64,000 nt of DNA from Pseudomonadota bacterium (GTDB lineage: Bacteria > Pseudomonadota > Gammaproteobacteria > Burkholderiales > REEB80). Made by a program: the position numbers and the translations under genes. The stretch spans positions 5,723 to 69,722 of the forward strand of contig JAGWIG010000008.1 in NCBI GenBank assembly GCA_028873515.1. Direction: 5' to 3'. Within the stretch, counting starts at the first letter, position 1, and each line of letters starts with the position of its first letter. This document shows, piece by piece, positions 10,940-21,190 of the stretch. Below the pieces are notes generated by a model that was not told the origin of the DNA, searched no databases, and worked only from the letters and a program-made list of their open reading frames with translations.

Positions 10940-13783
10940 TCACGCGACCCTGTTGTGTTTTTTTGCTGTTTCCAGTGCAGGAGCCAGGTAACGGCCCGTA
11001 ATGGATTGAGGATTCGCGGCGATTTCTTCTGGAGTTCCTGTAGCAATGATCTGTCCGCCCCCGCCCCCTCCTTCCGGACCCAGGTCAATAATCCAGTCAG
11101 CAGTTTTGATGACATCAAGATTATGTTCAATTACAACAATAGTATTTCCGTTGTCGCTTAGTTTGTGCAAAACGCCGAGTAGAAGCTCAATATCATGGAA
11201 ATGCAGGCCTGTAGTAGGTTCATCGAGAATATAGAGCGTGCGCCCGGTATCCCGTTTGGAAAGTTCAAGCGCAAGCTTGACACGCTGGGCCTCTCCTCCA
11301 GAAAGAGTGGTCGCAGATTGCCCTAGGGTGATATAACCGAGTCCTACATCGAGTAAGGTCTGCAGTTTACGTGCTACAGAAGGTACCGCTGTGAAAAAAG
11401 AACGGGCTTGCTCGACTGTCATGTCGAGAACTTCATGGATGTTTTTTCCCTTGTACGCTACTTCAAGTGTTTCCCTGTTATAGCGTTTGCCCTTGCATAC
11501 ATCACAGGGCACGTAGATGTCGGGAAGAAAGTGCATTTCAACCTTGATGAGCCCGTCTCCCTGGCAGGCTTCGCAGCGCCCCCCCTTTACATTGAATGAA
11601 AAACGGCCTGGACCATATCCACGCTCACGTGCAGCCGGGGTGCTGGAAAAAAGCTCGCGGATGGGAGTAAAAAGACCGGTGTACGTTGCGGGGTTTGAGC
11701 GAGGTGTTCTTCCAATCGGGCTTTGATCTACATCGATGACTTTATCATAGTGTTCCAGACCATTCACCTCATCATAGGCTGCAGGTTCAAGGTTGCTGCC
11801 ATACAGATGACGTGCAGCAGCATGGTAGAGCGTATCGTTGATCAGGGTGGATTTACCGGAACCGGAAACGCCTGTTACCGCAGTAAAAAGGCCAACTGGA
11901 AGATTGAGGCTGACATTTTTTAGGTTGTTTCCCCTGCAGCCTTTTAGGCTGAGAAATCTTTCCCCGTCTGGTATATGACGACTTGAGGGCACTTCAATCC
12001 TGCATTTTCCGCTTAAGTACTGTCCTGTCAGTGAGGCAGGGTGATTATGAATGTCTTTCGGGGTTCCTTGAGCAACAATAAATCCGCCATGTTCTCCTGC
12101 GCCCGGACCCATATCTACGACATGGTCGGCGCTTAGGATGGCATCTTCATCATGTTCAACAACAATGACCGTGTTTCCAAGATCACGCAGGTGTTTAAGG
12201 GTTTCAATCAGCCTGTCATTATCTCTTTGGTGAAGACCGATAGAAGGTTCATCGAGGACATACATGACTCCGGTAAGCCCCGATCCGATTTGAGAAGCCA
12301 GTCTGATTCGTTGCGCTTCACCACCAGATAAGGTTTCAGCTGACCGGTTAAGGCTCAGATAGTCTAACCCGACATTAATGAGAAATTGCAGACGGGAGAT
12401 GACTTCCTGAATGATTCTTTCGGCAACGGCCGCCTTCTGGCCAGTCATTTTTACGGTTCTGAAAAATGCGAGTACTTCAGCAAGAGGCATGCCTGAGAGT
12501 TCATGGATGGTCAGATCTCCGATTAGCACATTTCTCGCCTCAATGCGGAGCCTTGTTCCGTGACAGCTGGTACAGGGCTGACTGTTGAGGTATTTTGACA
12601 GTTCTTCTTTGACGGTCAGTGAATCGGTTTCACGGTAACGTCGCTCGAGGTTGTTGATCACTCCTTCAAAAGGGTAGCTGCGAATCTGGGAAGATCCTCT
12701 GTCAGTCACGTAATGGAAGGGAATAATGTTTTTACCTGAACCATAAAGTATGACCTGTTGAATCTGTTCGGGTAAAACCTCAAAAGGTTGATCGAGATCG
12801 AATCCATAATATTGTGCGAGATCCGAGAGCAGCTGGAAATAGTACTGGTTGCGTCGATCCCACCCCTTGATCGCACCATTGGCAAGGGACATGTGTGGAA
12901 ACGCAATGATGCGCTTTGGATCAAAAAATGTGATGGAGCCGAGCCCATCACAACGGCTGCATGCTCCCATGGGGTTGTTGAAGGAAAAAAGCCTGGGCTC
13001 AAGTTCGGCAAGTGAATAATTGCATTGTGGGCAGGCGAAACGGGCAGAAAACAGATAAGATTTTCCGGAATCCATTTCCATGGCGAGGGCTCGTCCTTCA
13101 GCAATTCTCAGGGCTGTTTCAAAGGATTCTGCAAGTCTTTGTGTCAGATCGGATCGCAGGCGTACCCGATCAATGACGACATCAACGGAATGTTTCCGGT
13201 TTTTATCCAGCTTGGGCAGGGTATCAATGTCGTGGATTTCTCCATCGATCCGCAATCGTACAAACCCTTGTGCGCGCATGTCGTCAAAGAGATCAACCTG
13301 CTCACCCTTGCGGTTGGCTACCAAAGGTGCCAAAATCATGATTTTGGTGTCTTCGGGTAGTTGCATGATATGATCCACCATCTGGCTCACTGTTTGAGCT
13401 TCAAGCCGGACATGGTGTTCCGGGCAATAGGGATCTCCAGCCCGGGCGAAGAGAAGGCGCAAATAATCATGAATTTCCGTAACGGTTCCGACCGTTGAAC
13501 GGGGATTATGTGAAGTTGCTTTCTGTTCAATGGATATGGCAGGTGAAAGTCCTTCTATCAGGTCTACATCCGGTTTTTCCATTAACTGTAAAAATTGGCG
13601 CGCGTAGGCCGACAACGACTCGACATAACGCCTTTGTCCTTCGGCATAGAGAGTGTCAAAGGCAAGTGAAGACTTGCCTGAACCTGATAGACCGGTAATT
13701 ACGATCAACTGATTGCGGGGGAGATCGAGACTGATATTTTTGAGGTTATGCGTGCGCGCGCCTCGAATTCGGATAAAGTCCAT
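10940..13783 (-). CDS. uvrA: Excinuclease ABC subunit A
   Basis: 947 aa beginning [44 protein letters not shown]. It has a second Walker A ([13 protein letters not shown]), two LSGGE signatures and Zn-finger Cys pairs (CPQC...[14 protein letters not shown]...CDVCKG). Confidence 0.98.
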   Translation of the reverse strand: MDFIRIRGARTHNLKNISLDLPRNQLIVITGLSGSGKSSLAFDTLYAEGQRRYVESLSAYARQFLQLMEKPDVDLIEGLSPAISIEQKATSHNPRSTVGTVTEIHDYLRLLFARAGDPYCPEHHVRLEAQTVSQMVDHIMQLPEDTKIMILAPLVANRKGEQVDLFDDMRAQGFVRLRIDGEIHDIDTLPKLDKNRKHSVDVVIDRVRLRSDLTQRLAESFETALRIAEGRALAMEMDSGKSYLFSARFACPQCNYSLAELEPRLFSFNNPMGACSRCDGLGSITFFDPKRIIAFPHMSLANGAIKGWDRRNQYYFQLLSDLAQYYGFDLDQPFEVLPEQIQQVILYGSGKNIIPFHYVTDRGSSQIRSYPFEGVINNLERRYRETDSLTVKEELSKYLNSQPCTSCHGTRLRIEARNVLIGDLTIHELSGMPLAEVLAFFRTVKMTGQKAAVAERIIQEVISRLQFLINVGLDYLSLNRSAETLSGGEAQRIRLASQIGSGLTGVMYVLDEPSIGLHQRDNDRLIETLKHLRDLGNTVIVVEHDEDAILSADHVVDMGPGAGEHGGFIVAQGTPKDIHNHPASLTGQYLSGKCRIEVPSSRHIPDGERFLSLKGCRGNNLKNVSLNLPVGLFTAVTGVSGSGKSTLINDTLYHAAARHLYGSNLEPAAYDEVNGLEHYDKVIDVDQSPIGRTPRSNPATYTGLFTPIRELFSSTPAARERGYGPGRFSFNVKGGRCEACQGDGLIKVEMHFLPDIYVPCDVCKGKRYNRETLEVAYKGKNIHEVLDMTVEQARSFFTAVPSVARKLQTLLDVGLGYITLGQSATTLSGGEAQRVKLALELSKRDTGRTLYILDEPTTGLHFHDIELLLGVLHKLSDNGNTIVVIEHNLDVIKTADWIIDLGPEGGGGGGQIIATGTPEEIAANPQSITGRYLAPALETAKKHNRVA

Positions 13784-13836
13784 GCTTCTGCCATGATTTA
13801 ATGTAACCCTTAACTATAAACTTTTTGTCAGAGACT

Positions 13837-15222
13837 ATGCAACCTCGAGAAAAGATGGAGCCCCGTGAACAACGGGCAATATTCGGTTTGGCCGGGATTT
13901 ATGGATTGCGCATGTTTGGGTTGTTTTTGATCCTTCCGGTTTTTGCGATTTACGCAAGTCATTTGCAGGGTCATGTCAGTCGGACTCTGGTAGGGCTTGC
14001 TCTAGGTGCTTACGGCTTGACCCAAGCCATTCTGCAGCTTCCTTTTGGAATGCTTTCGGATCGATATGGCCGTAAGAAAATCATGTATCTGGGTTTGGCC
14101 CTGTTTGCCGCAGGGAGTTTTATTGCAGGGGCGTCGAATAATATCTGGTGGATTATCCTTGGCCGGGCAGTACAGGGATCTGGTGCGATTTCTGCTGCCA
14201 TTATGGCTTTGCTTGCAGATTTGACGCGCGAGGAACACCGTACCAAGGCTTTTGCTGTAGTGGGAATGTCCATTGGACTGACCTTCGCTCTTTCGCTGGT
14301 GCTAGGACCTGCCCTGTATAATTACATTGGCGTGCCAGGCATGTTCATTCTGACCGGGATCTGTGCGATTGGCGCGATGGGTGTGGTCGCTAAATATGTT
14401 CCGGATCCTGAAGTAAGTCACTTTCATAGCGATGCGGAAGTTTCTACATTGAGCCTGAAGGATATATTGGCCAATCGTGAACTTCTTCGTCTCGATTTTG
14501 GGATTTTCAGTTTGCAGGCTGCCCAGATGGCTCTGTTTGTTGTCATCCCATTTGCAATTGAGCGTACAAGCGGTATGCCAGTTAATGAACACTGGAAAAT
14601 CTATCTTCCTGTAATGGTAGTTGCATTCTTGCTGATGGTGCCGTTCATTATTTATGGTGAAAAAAAGAACCGGCTTAAAGAGGTTTTCTGTGGCGCGATC
14701 CTGACCCTGCTTGTCGCCCAGTTTTTGTTAGGGGCATTTACAAACAGCTTTTTGGGTGTTCTTGCTTATCTTGTCCTGTTTTATATTGCGTTTAATGTTC
14801 TGGAAGCGTCCCTGCCTTCCCTGATTTCCAAGATAGCCCCGATTGCTGCCAAAGGTACGGCAATAGGGGTTTATAACACAGGCCAGTCACTGGGAATTTT
14901 TATGGGTGGAGCTATAGGGGGAATACTTGCCCAGCATTTCGGATCGGAAGCGGTATTCATTTTTAGTGGCGCCCTCATTGCGGTATGGTTTTTACTGGCT
15001 GTTACAATGCGTGTTCCTCCCCCCACACGAACCCTGGTTTTCAGTATGCAGTACAAGTTTGAACGTTCAGATACAAAACGGCTGCAGGCGGCCCTTCAAG
15101 GGCTTGCTGGAGTGGTGGAAGCCGTAGTGTTGCCCGATGAGCAGGTAGCCTATTTGAAAGTGCTCAGATCAGGGTATGATGAAACTGGAGCGACTTCCAT
15201 AATCCATAAAGGTCAAAACTGA
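13837..15222 (+). CDS. MFS transporter with an extra ~65-aa C-terminal cytoplasmic domain
   Basis: Twelve hydrophobic segments and the MFS loop motif GMLSDRYGRKK. It is divergent from uvrA and upstream of ssb. The start is ambiguous: TTG 13825 (tracked), ATG 13837 or ATG 13855. Confidence 0.85.
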   Translation: MQPREKMEPREQRAIFGLAGIYGLRMFGLFLILPVFAIYASHLQGHVSRTLVGLALGAYGLTQAILQLPFGMLSDRYGRKKIMYLGLALFAAGSFIAGASNNIWWIILGRAVQGSGAISAAIMALLADLTREEHRTKAFAVVGMSIGLTFALSLVLGPALYNYIGVPGMFILTGICAIGAMGVVAKYVPDPEVSHFHSDAEVSTLSLKDILANRELLRLDFGIFSLQAAQMALFVVIPFAIERTSGMPVNEHWKIYLPVMVVAFLLMVPFIIYGEKKNRLKEVFCGAILTLLVAQFLLGAFTNSFLGVLAYLVLFYIAFNVLEASLPSLISKIAPIAAKGTAIGVYNTGQSLGIFMGGAIGGILAQHFGSEAVFIFSGALIAVWFLLAVTMRVPPPTRTLVFSMQYKFERSDTKRLQAALQGLAGVVEAVVLPDEQVAYLKVLRSGYDETGATSIIHKGQN

Positions 15223-15250
15223 CACCAGTAAAAAATAGGGGATAAAGTCT

Positions 15251-15748
15251 ATGGCATCGGTAAATAAAGTTATTCTGGTTGGCAATCTGGGACGGGATCC
15301 AGAGGTACGCTATGCACCAAGCGGTGATGCAATTGCCAATATCACCATTGCCACGTCGGAACAATGGAAGGACAAGAGTGGCGAAAAACAGGAAAAAACC
15401 GAATGGCATCGGGTTGTGTTTTTTGGCAAGCAGGCAGAAATCGTCTCGCAATATCTAAAAAAGGGAAGTCAGGTCTATATTGAGGGGCGTTTGCAAACCC
15501 GTAAATGGCAGGGTCAGGATGGCCAGGATCGCTATACGACTGAAGTTGTGGCTGATCGCATGCAGATGCTCGGCGGGCGCGCATCAGGGGGAACCGAAGC
15601 ATCAGGCCCTGAATCACGAAGGAGTGATACAAAGGCTGCAGGAGATTGGGATGGTCGAGAAGAGCCGGCCCAGGATAAAGGCGCTGGTCGTACGAACTCT
15701 GGCAAGCAGCCGGATTTTGAGGATTTTTCGGATGATATTCCTTTCTGA
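15251..15748 (+). CDS. ssb: Single-stranded DNA-binding protein
   Basis: [21 protein letters not shown]...[15 protein letters not shown] forms the OB fold. A Gly/acidic tail ends in the canonical DDIPF. Confidence 0.97.
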   Translation: MASVNKVILVGNLGRDPEVRYAPSGDAIANITIATSEQWKDKSGEKQEKTEWHRVVFFGKQAEIVSQYLKKGSQVYIEGRLQTRKWQGQDGQDRYTTEVVADRMQMLGGRASGGTEASGPESRRSDTKAAGDWDGREEPAQDKGAGRTNSGKQPDFEDFSDDIPF

Positions 15749-15797
15749 ATTAAGGGGCTGGGCTAGATCTGGATTGGTACTGGATGCCAGTTCCTGA

Positions 15798-16259
15798 TTA
15801 AAGTTGACGAAGATATAGGATTATTTTCCATATATCCTCTTCGCTCAGGGTGTTTTTAAAAGGGGGCATGGCCGTGCCCAGGGGTACCCCTCCTTCCGAG
15901 ATCGTCCAGAACAAGTATCCATCCGTGGCCATGGGGGTTTTGCTGAATACTGCAATATCTGTAGCCGGGGGATTCAGATTTTGTCCTGCCGCTCCATTTC
16001 CAAGGCCTGCTGCGCCATGACAAAGTGCACAGTTCTGATCGTAGAGCTGTTTTCCTGCCTTGATATTTCCAGAGGTTGCCTTCAAGGGGTTTATTCTTGA
16101 GGCATAACGGGGATCAAGACCATTTCTCATGACATACTGGTGTCGAATTCTTGACATGTCTGTCACGGTTCTTCCTTGCATGTACCCCATCTGCGCATGG
16201 CTTGGGACTGTGATGAGGAAACCGCCCAAAATTATTAAACTGACGAAAAGCTGTTTCAT
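15798..16259 (-). CDS. Periplasmic mono-haem c-type cytochrome (class I)
   Basis: It has a signal peptide (MKQLFVSLIILGGFLITVPSHA), a single CALCHG haem motif and a distal Met region (GTAMPPF). 153 aa. Confidence 0.85.
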   Translation of the reverse strand: MKQLFVSLIILGGFLITVPSHAQMGYMQGRTVTDMSRIRHQYVMRNGLDPRYASRINPLKATSGNIKAGKQLYDQNCALCHGAAGLGNGAAGQNLNPPATDIAVFSKTPMATDGYLFWTISEGGVPLGTAMPPFKNTLSEEDIWKIILYLRQL

Positions 16260-16431
16260 GATGGCCTCTTAATTCGTCTCAGAAAGATTAAATCCATTTT
16301 CGGGTTTGTGATTCTGCAGACAATTCATCTCACCAGTTTAAATTTCTTGCCAGGATGCTTCTGCTTCAGTCATTTTAGCCTTATATGGTTTTTGGTCGGT
16401 TTGACTTCAGTCAAAAACATCGGGATTGATG

Positions 16432-16465
16432 TGCGAAGAAAATGAGGACGAAACCTGTCCTCATT
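16432..16465 (-). terminator. Rho-independent terminator after the DUF1328 gene
   Basis: Perfect 9-bp stem AATGAGGAC(16441-16449)/GTCCTCATT(16457-16465). On the minus strand it is followed by TTCTTC. Confidence 0.6.
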
Positions 16466-16488
16466 GCTATGAGCAACTGAAATGCGGG

Positions 16489-16662
16489 TTAAAACAGGGC
16501 GGATCCGGCCATCAATCCCAGTACAAGAAAGAAGAGGAAAATGACAATGAAAATGAAGAACAGGATTTTGGCAAGGGCAGCAGCCCCTGCAGCGATTCCC
16601 GTGAACCCGAACAGCCCGGCTATGATGGAAATGATAAAGAAAAACAACGCCCATTTCAGCAT
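16489..16662 (-). CDS. DUF1328 / UPF0391 small membrane protein (57 aa)
   Basis: Absent from the ORF track. The reverse-strand translation is [57 protein letters not shown]. The FGF(T/G)GIA...AKILFFIF pattern is typical of YtjA-like proteins, and a terminator follows. Confidence 0.8.
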   Translation of the reverse strand: MLKWALFFFIISIIAGLFGFTGIAAGAAALAKILFFIFIVIFLFFLVLGLMAGSALF

Positions 16663-17032
16663 GCTTTATTCTCCTGACGGTACATTGTCTCCAGATTAGG
16701 ATCAGGACAGGTTTTGGTCAATAGCTCTAGCCAATTTCCTGTCGCTTTTTTTGGTGGTTTATTTTGGGTTGGCTAGTGTCGTAAAAATCCTGGGCTGCGT
16801 TTATTAGCTTGGTTCTCAGGCCTGGAAGGTTGTTAAGAACGAACAGGTCTAACTGGGCTCTGGCTTTTCCGGAACAGGAGGCCTTCTGGTCTGGCACGAA
16901 AGCAGTAATCAGATCCGGGAACCCCATGGCTTGCAGCCAATAAAAAAACTGGAGATTGTTGGCCTCCGGCTAGCATTGGCGGGAGGAGGCGTGATGGGAT
17001 AAAGTCAGTCTGATTTCAGGGCAGGCTCGAGA

Positions 17033-18142
17033 TTAATCAAACAGGATGACTGAGCGAATGGATTGGCCTGCTTTCATGAGATCAAACCCTTCGTTGATCT
17101 GTTCGAGACTGAGCCGGTGGGTGATGAGGTCATCAATATTGATTTTACCTTCCATATACCAATCCACAATCCGGGGTACATCCGTGCGCCCCCTTGCCCC
17201 GCCGAATGCGGAGCCGCGCCATTGCCGCCCTGTAACCAGCTGAAAGGGGCGGGTGCGAATTTCTTCGCCTGCTGCTGCAACACCGATGATAAACGACTGC
17301 CCCCATCCTTTGTGGCAGCATTCGAGAGCCTGGCGCATGGTCTGTGTATTTCCGATACACTCAAAACTGTAATCGACACCTCCATCCGTGAGACTAATGA
17401 TCTGTTCAATCACATTATCGACTTTACCGGGATTGATAAAGTGAGTGGCACCAAACTGCCTGGCGAGTGCTTCACGGGAAGGGTTGATGTCAATACCGAT
17501 AATTTTGTCGGCACCCACCATTTTTGCGCCCTGAATGACATTGAGACCTATGCCGCCGAGCCCGAAAATGGCGACATTGGCTCCGGCTTCCATTTTTGCT
17601 GAAAAGACGACTGCTCCTATTCCGGTCGTGACTCCACAGCCAATATAGCAGGCGGTATCAAATGGAGCATCATCCCTGATTTTTGCAACGGCGATTTCGG
17701 GGAGAACCGTATAATGTGAAAAGGTGGACGTCCCCATGTAGTGGAATAAGGTTTTTCCATTCATGCTGAATCGTGAAGTTCCGTCTGGCATTAGACCTCG
17801 TCCCTGGGTTGTCCGTATGGCCTGGCAAAGGTTGGTCTTTCTGGACAGGCAGAATTTGCATTGACGGCATTCCGGAGTATAAAGGGGAATGACATGGTCG
17901 CCCTGGCGGACGCTAGTCACACCCGGGCCTGTGTCGACAACAATTCCAGCACCTTCATGGCCCAGGATGGATGGAAAAACACCTTCAGGATCGGCACCGG
18001 ACAATGTGTAATAGTCTGTATGACAAATGCCCGTTGCCTTGATTTCGATCAGTACTTCACCGCTTTTTGGGCCTTCCAGGTCAACCTCCTCAATGAGGAG
18101 AGGGGCTCCACTTTTTAATGCAACAGCAGCCATTGTTTTCAT
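17033..18142 (-). CDS. adhC: S-(hydroxymethyl)glutathione dehydrogenase / class III alcohol dehydrogenase
   Basis: 369 aa. GICHTDYYTLSGADPEGVFPSILGHEGAGIV, CRQCKFCLSRKTNLC (structural Zn) and GLGGIGLNVIQGA (Rossmann) are colinear with FrmA/AdhC. Confidence 0.93.
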   Translation of the reverse strand: MKTMAAVALKSGAPLLIEEVDLEGPKSGEVLIEIKATGICHTDYYTLSGADPEGVFPSILGHEGAGIVVDTGPGVTSVRQGDHVIPLYTPECRQCKFCLSRKTNLCQAIRTTQGRGLMPDGTSRFSMNGKTLFHYMGTSTFSHYTVLPEIAVAKIRDDAPFDTACYIGCGVTTGIGAVVFSAKMEAGANVAIFGLGGIGLNVIQGAKMVGADKIIGIDINPSREALARQFGATHFINPGKVDNVIEQIISLTDGGVDYSFECIGNTQTMRQALECCHKGWGQSFIIGVAAAGEEIRTRPFQLVTGRQWRGSAFGGARGRTDVPRIVDWYMEGKINIDDLITHRLSLEQINEGFDLMKAGQSIRSVILFD

Positions 18143-18299
18143 GATCCAGATCCTTGAAGCCAGTCAAATGTTCTAGGGAGTTTGTTTATTGACATGATGC
18201 CGAGGCCTGTTTCCAAAGACAAGTGCCAACAAGAGGTAGGTTCCCCGGGGCGCAAAACGGAGCTTATTTAATTGCTGGACTGCAGAACTCGGTATTCTG

Positions 18300-18308
18300 T
18301 GCTATAAT
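18300..18308 (+). promoter_or_regulatory. Candidate extended -10 promoter (TGcTATAAT) for rhlE
   Basis: TG at 18300-18301 and TATAAT at 18303-18308. The -35 is weak. It would give a ~210-nt leader before the rhlE ATG. Confidence 0.4.
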
Positions 18309-18528
18309 GCATTCATGCAAACCCTTTCATGATGATTGAGGGGGTTTCATGTATAGTACATCTTCCCCTGCCTTCTCTCTGATTTTATCTCGATATCGAG
18401 ACCTCAGCAGCAAGTTCCGGTTGGCGATGATGATTGTTAGCGCCAGCAGTTGCTGCGCCTTCCTTGGCTTCGGCAAAAGGGAAGCCTTTTCCTGCTCGCG
18501 CATTTTTGATTACCTATGGAAAATTTAA

Positions 18529-19833
18529 ATGACTTTTGAGCAACTGGGGCTAGCCCCAACCCTTTTGAAAGCCCTGTCTGACAGTGGCTATACGGAGCCG
18601 ACTCCTATTCAGGCAATGGCTATTCCTGAAATTTTAGCAGGACATGATTTGATGGCTTCGGCACAAACCGGAACCGGAAAGACGGCGGCTTTCATGCTGC
18701 CCTCGCTGAACCGGCTTTGCAAGCCTTCAGTCCTGCGTTCTCGTGGCCCACGAATCCTGGTATTGACCCCGACCCGTGAACTTGCCACCCAGGTTGCAGA
18801 AGCTGCCAGAACGTATGGAAAATACCTCAGACTATCAGTCATGAGCCTGCTTGGAGGGATGTCTTATTACAAGCAGAACCAGATTCTTGCCAAGCCAGTC
18901 GATATCATGGTTGCAACGCCTGGACGTTTAATCGATCAGATGGCGCGTGGCCGGATAGACTTTACCCGTCTGGAAGTGATGGTGCTGGATGAAGCAGACC
19001 GGATGCTGGATATGGGTTTTATTGACGATGTGCGGCGTATTGCCGCAGCAACGCCTGAAACCCGCCAGACTCTTCTTTTTTCTGCAACGCTGGATGGTCA
19101 GACTGGTGTGCTTGCAAACCAGCTTCTCAAGAAGCCAAAACTTATCCAGGCCACAGCCGTTACCGAGCGCCATGAAAATATTGAGCAGCAGTTATTTTAT
19201 TCGGACGATTACGCCCATAAAAATCGCTTGCTACAGCATTTTCTGAGTGCCACTGAACTTCGGCAGGCAGTTGTTTTTACTGCCACAAAGCGTGATGCGG
19301 ATGATCTTGCAGGTAAGCTCAAGTCAGAAGGGTTTTCTGCCGCAGCCCTGCATGGAGACATGAATCAGTCCATGCGAAACCGGACACTGCTTAATCTGCG
19401 CCGGGGAGTATTGAAGGTACTGGTGGCGACGGATGTTGCAGCACGCGGCATTGATGTCCAGAATATTTCGCATGTCATTAATTTTGATTTGCCCCGGGAT
19501 ACTGAGAATTATGTTCATCGCATTGGCCGTACAGGTCGTGCGGGGGCCTCAGGAATGGCAATTTCATTTGTTTCGGTCAAGGATCAGGATCTGGTTCGAA
19601 GAATCGAACGCTATATTGGGCAACGTATAAAAACCCATGTTGTTCCCGGAATGGAGCCACGTCGGCAACTTGTGCGCCAGAGCAAACCCGAAGGGCGGAC
19701 CCGCCATCAGGCTGGAGTGGCCCGCCAGGGTGATCGACCCGGTTTCAAGCGGAATGAAAGGCGGCCTGCTGTAGCCAGATCCGCCGTTCAGGGCCGCTCG
19801 CAAAAGACAGGCGTTACAGTAACGACGGGTTAA
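18529..19833 (+). CDS. rhlE: ATP-dependent DEAD-box RNA helicase
   Basis: Q-motif (YTEPTPIQ), AQTGTGKT, PTRELA, DEAD (VLDEADRM), SAT and HRIGRTGRAG are all present, followed by a basic Arg/Gly-rich C-terminal tail. Confidence 0.93.
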   Translation: MTFEQLGLAPTLLKALSDSGYTEPTPIQAMAIPEILAGHDLMASAQTGTGKTAAFMLPSLNRLCKPSVLRSRGPRILVLTPTRELATQVAEAARTYGKYLRLSVMSLLGGMSYYKQNQILAKPVDIMVATPGRLIDQMARGRIDFTRLEVMVLDEADRMLDMGFIDDVRRIAAATPETRQTLLFSATLDGQTGVLANQLLKKPKLIQATAVTERHENIEQQLFYSDDYAHKNRLLQHFLSATELRQAVVFTATKRDADDLAGKLKSEGFSAAALHGDMNQSMRNRTLLNLRRGVLKVLVATDVAARGIDVQNISHVINFDLPRDTENYVHRIGRTGRAGASGMAISFVSVKDQDLVRRIERYIGQRIKTHVVPGMEPRRQLVRQSKPEGRTRHQAGVARQGDRPGFKRNERRPAVARSAVQGRSQKTGVTVTTG

Positions 19834-19969
19834 GGCATTAATACTGGCTACGTCCATTGTAAATTTCTGGGCGTAGCCTTACATTGCCACTGTATTTGGA
19901 TGTCAATGACAGGCATTGTTTTCTCGTGCCGGTAAATACTGGTTTCTGGATGTTTAGGGGGCGCATCGA

Positions 19970-20140
19970 ATGAAAAATGCCATCGCCATCATCATTGTCT
20001 TTTTACTGGTTGTACTGGTGTTTTATTCTCTTTATCGGCGGGGTCAGCGTTTGAGCCGGGACAAGAATTATTTGCCCAAGCCTGGAACTTTTGATTCCAA
20101 ACGGGATGCGGAATGGAGAAAAAAATATGACCAGGACTGA
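19970..20140 (+). CDS. Hypothetical small single-TM protein (56 aa)
   Basis: Absent from the ORF track. Translation: MKNAIAIIIVFLLVVLVFYSLYRRGQRLSRDKNYLPKPGTFDSKRDAEWRKKYDQD*. AGGGGG lies 8 nt upstream. It has a TM helix followed by a charged tail. I recognise no family. Confidence 0.4.
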   Translation: MKNAIAIIIVFLLVVLVFYSLYRRGQRLSRDKNYLPKPGTFDSKRDAEWRKKYDQD

Positions 20141-20593
20141 AGCGTTTCCAGTTAAGCAAGGGTAATCAGTCCCATTCAAGAAGTTCATAAAAAGTGCTGG
20201 GTGATAATTCCAGCAGCGCGGCCAGTCCGGTATTGTCCAGGCTGTTTGAATTTTTTTCCTGTCAGGGTTTACTTAGCCGTATTTGCATAACCAGACCGGC
20301 ATGGTTTGCTGGTATCTTTTACTGACGCTCTGATGTTTTCCGGAATTTTAAAGCCTAGATTTTATTCCTTTCCATTCTATGGATTGTAAGAATAATTCAA
20401 TTCAGCACCATAAAAGTGAGGTTTTTACCTGAAACCGGCTTTATGGATTCAAATCAGGTCAAGAACCTGGGCCTAGTATGATAATTGGATTCAGTCTTGT
20501 TTACGGACTCTGTACACTCTGTTAACATCTTCAAGTTTTTAGGGGTGTTTTTTTATTGGAATTAATAAAACTGAACCAATTAGGAGAGTATCT

Positions 20594-21118
20594 GTGATGG
20601 CACGTTTTAATATGAAGGTCATGATGGTATCACTAGGTTTTGCATTGGCCTCGGCACTGCCTGTTGCTCACGCCGCAGGGGTTGGGAGTCCAGTTTATGT
20701 ACATACCAATGGCGCGAATGATTTTCTGGAATCGATAGTGGTGGTGAAACCCGGGCAGAAAGTTGTGTTTGTCAATGAAGATACTGGCAATCACACCATT
20801 CGGGGGTATAACCAGGTAACCGGGAAGCCTGACAGGCAGATTAATGGCGTGGTTAATGGCACACCTGGTTATGGTCATCCTGTTTCAACCTATACCGTCA
20901 GTTTCAAGAAGCCCGGTATTTATATGTATTACTGTTCTGTTCATGCCCACCTTGAGAAGGTTTATCACAACATGGTTGCACCGGTCATGAATAAAGGCAT
21001 ACATGGTTATGGGGCTGCGATGGCTGGAGAAATAGTTGTTACCCGCGATTCCGTGTTGGCAGAACATAATCCCCCTTCTTCCCACTTCAAAATCCTGAAG
21101 GATTATTTTGGTGGATAA
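20594..21118 (+). CDS. Periplasmic cupredoxin (plastocyanin/amicyanin-like) with expanded ligand loop
   Basis: It has a signal peptide (...ALPVAHA|AG). The cupredoxin strands are IVVVKPGQKVVFVNEDTGNHTI (His67) and FKKPGIYMYYCSVH (Cys114, His117) ...AAMAGEIVV (Met143). The start is GTG 20594 or ATG 20597, after AGGAG. Confidence 0.8.
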   Translation: MMARFNMKVMMVSLGFALASALPVAHAAGVGSPVYVHTNGANDFLESIVVVKPGQKVVFVNEDTGNHTIRGYNQVTGKPDRQINGVVNGTPGYGHPVSTYTVSFKKPGIYMYYCSVHAHLEKVYHNMVAPVMNKGIHGYGAAMAGEIVVTRDSVLAEHNPPSSHFKILKDYFGG

Positions 21119-21164
21119 GGTTCAGGGGTAGATACTGAACCAGAGTAAGTGTTCTTTCTGGATG

Positions 21165-21190
21165 GCCGGGTGGTTGAACCGGCTTTTTTT
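21165..21190 (+). terminator. Rho-independent terminator after the cupredoxin gene
   Basis: GCCGG(21165-21169)/CCGGC(21179-21183) form the stem, followed by a T7 run. Confidence 0.6.

Noticed and set aside
16370-16677. Tracked ORFs 16370-16654(-) and 16426-16677(+)
   Set aside because: Both are alternative frames over the true 57-aa DUF1328 gene, and their translations are compositionally implausible.
16727-16927. A 66-aa ORF (minus strand) between adhC and the DUF1328 gene
   Set aside because: It has no Shine-Dalgarno sequence and no recognisable motif. It cannot be supported from sequence alone.
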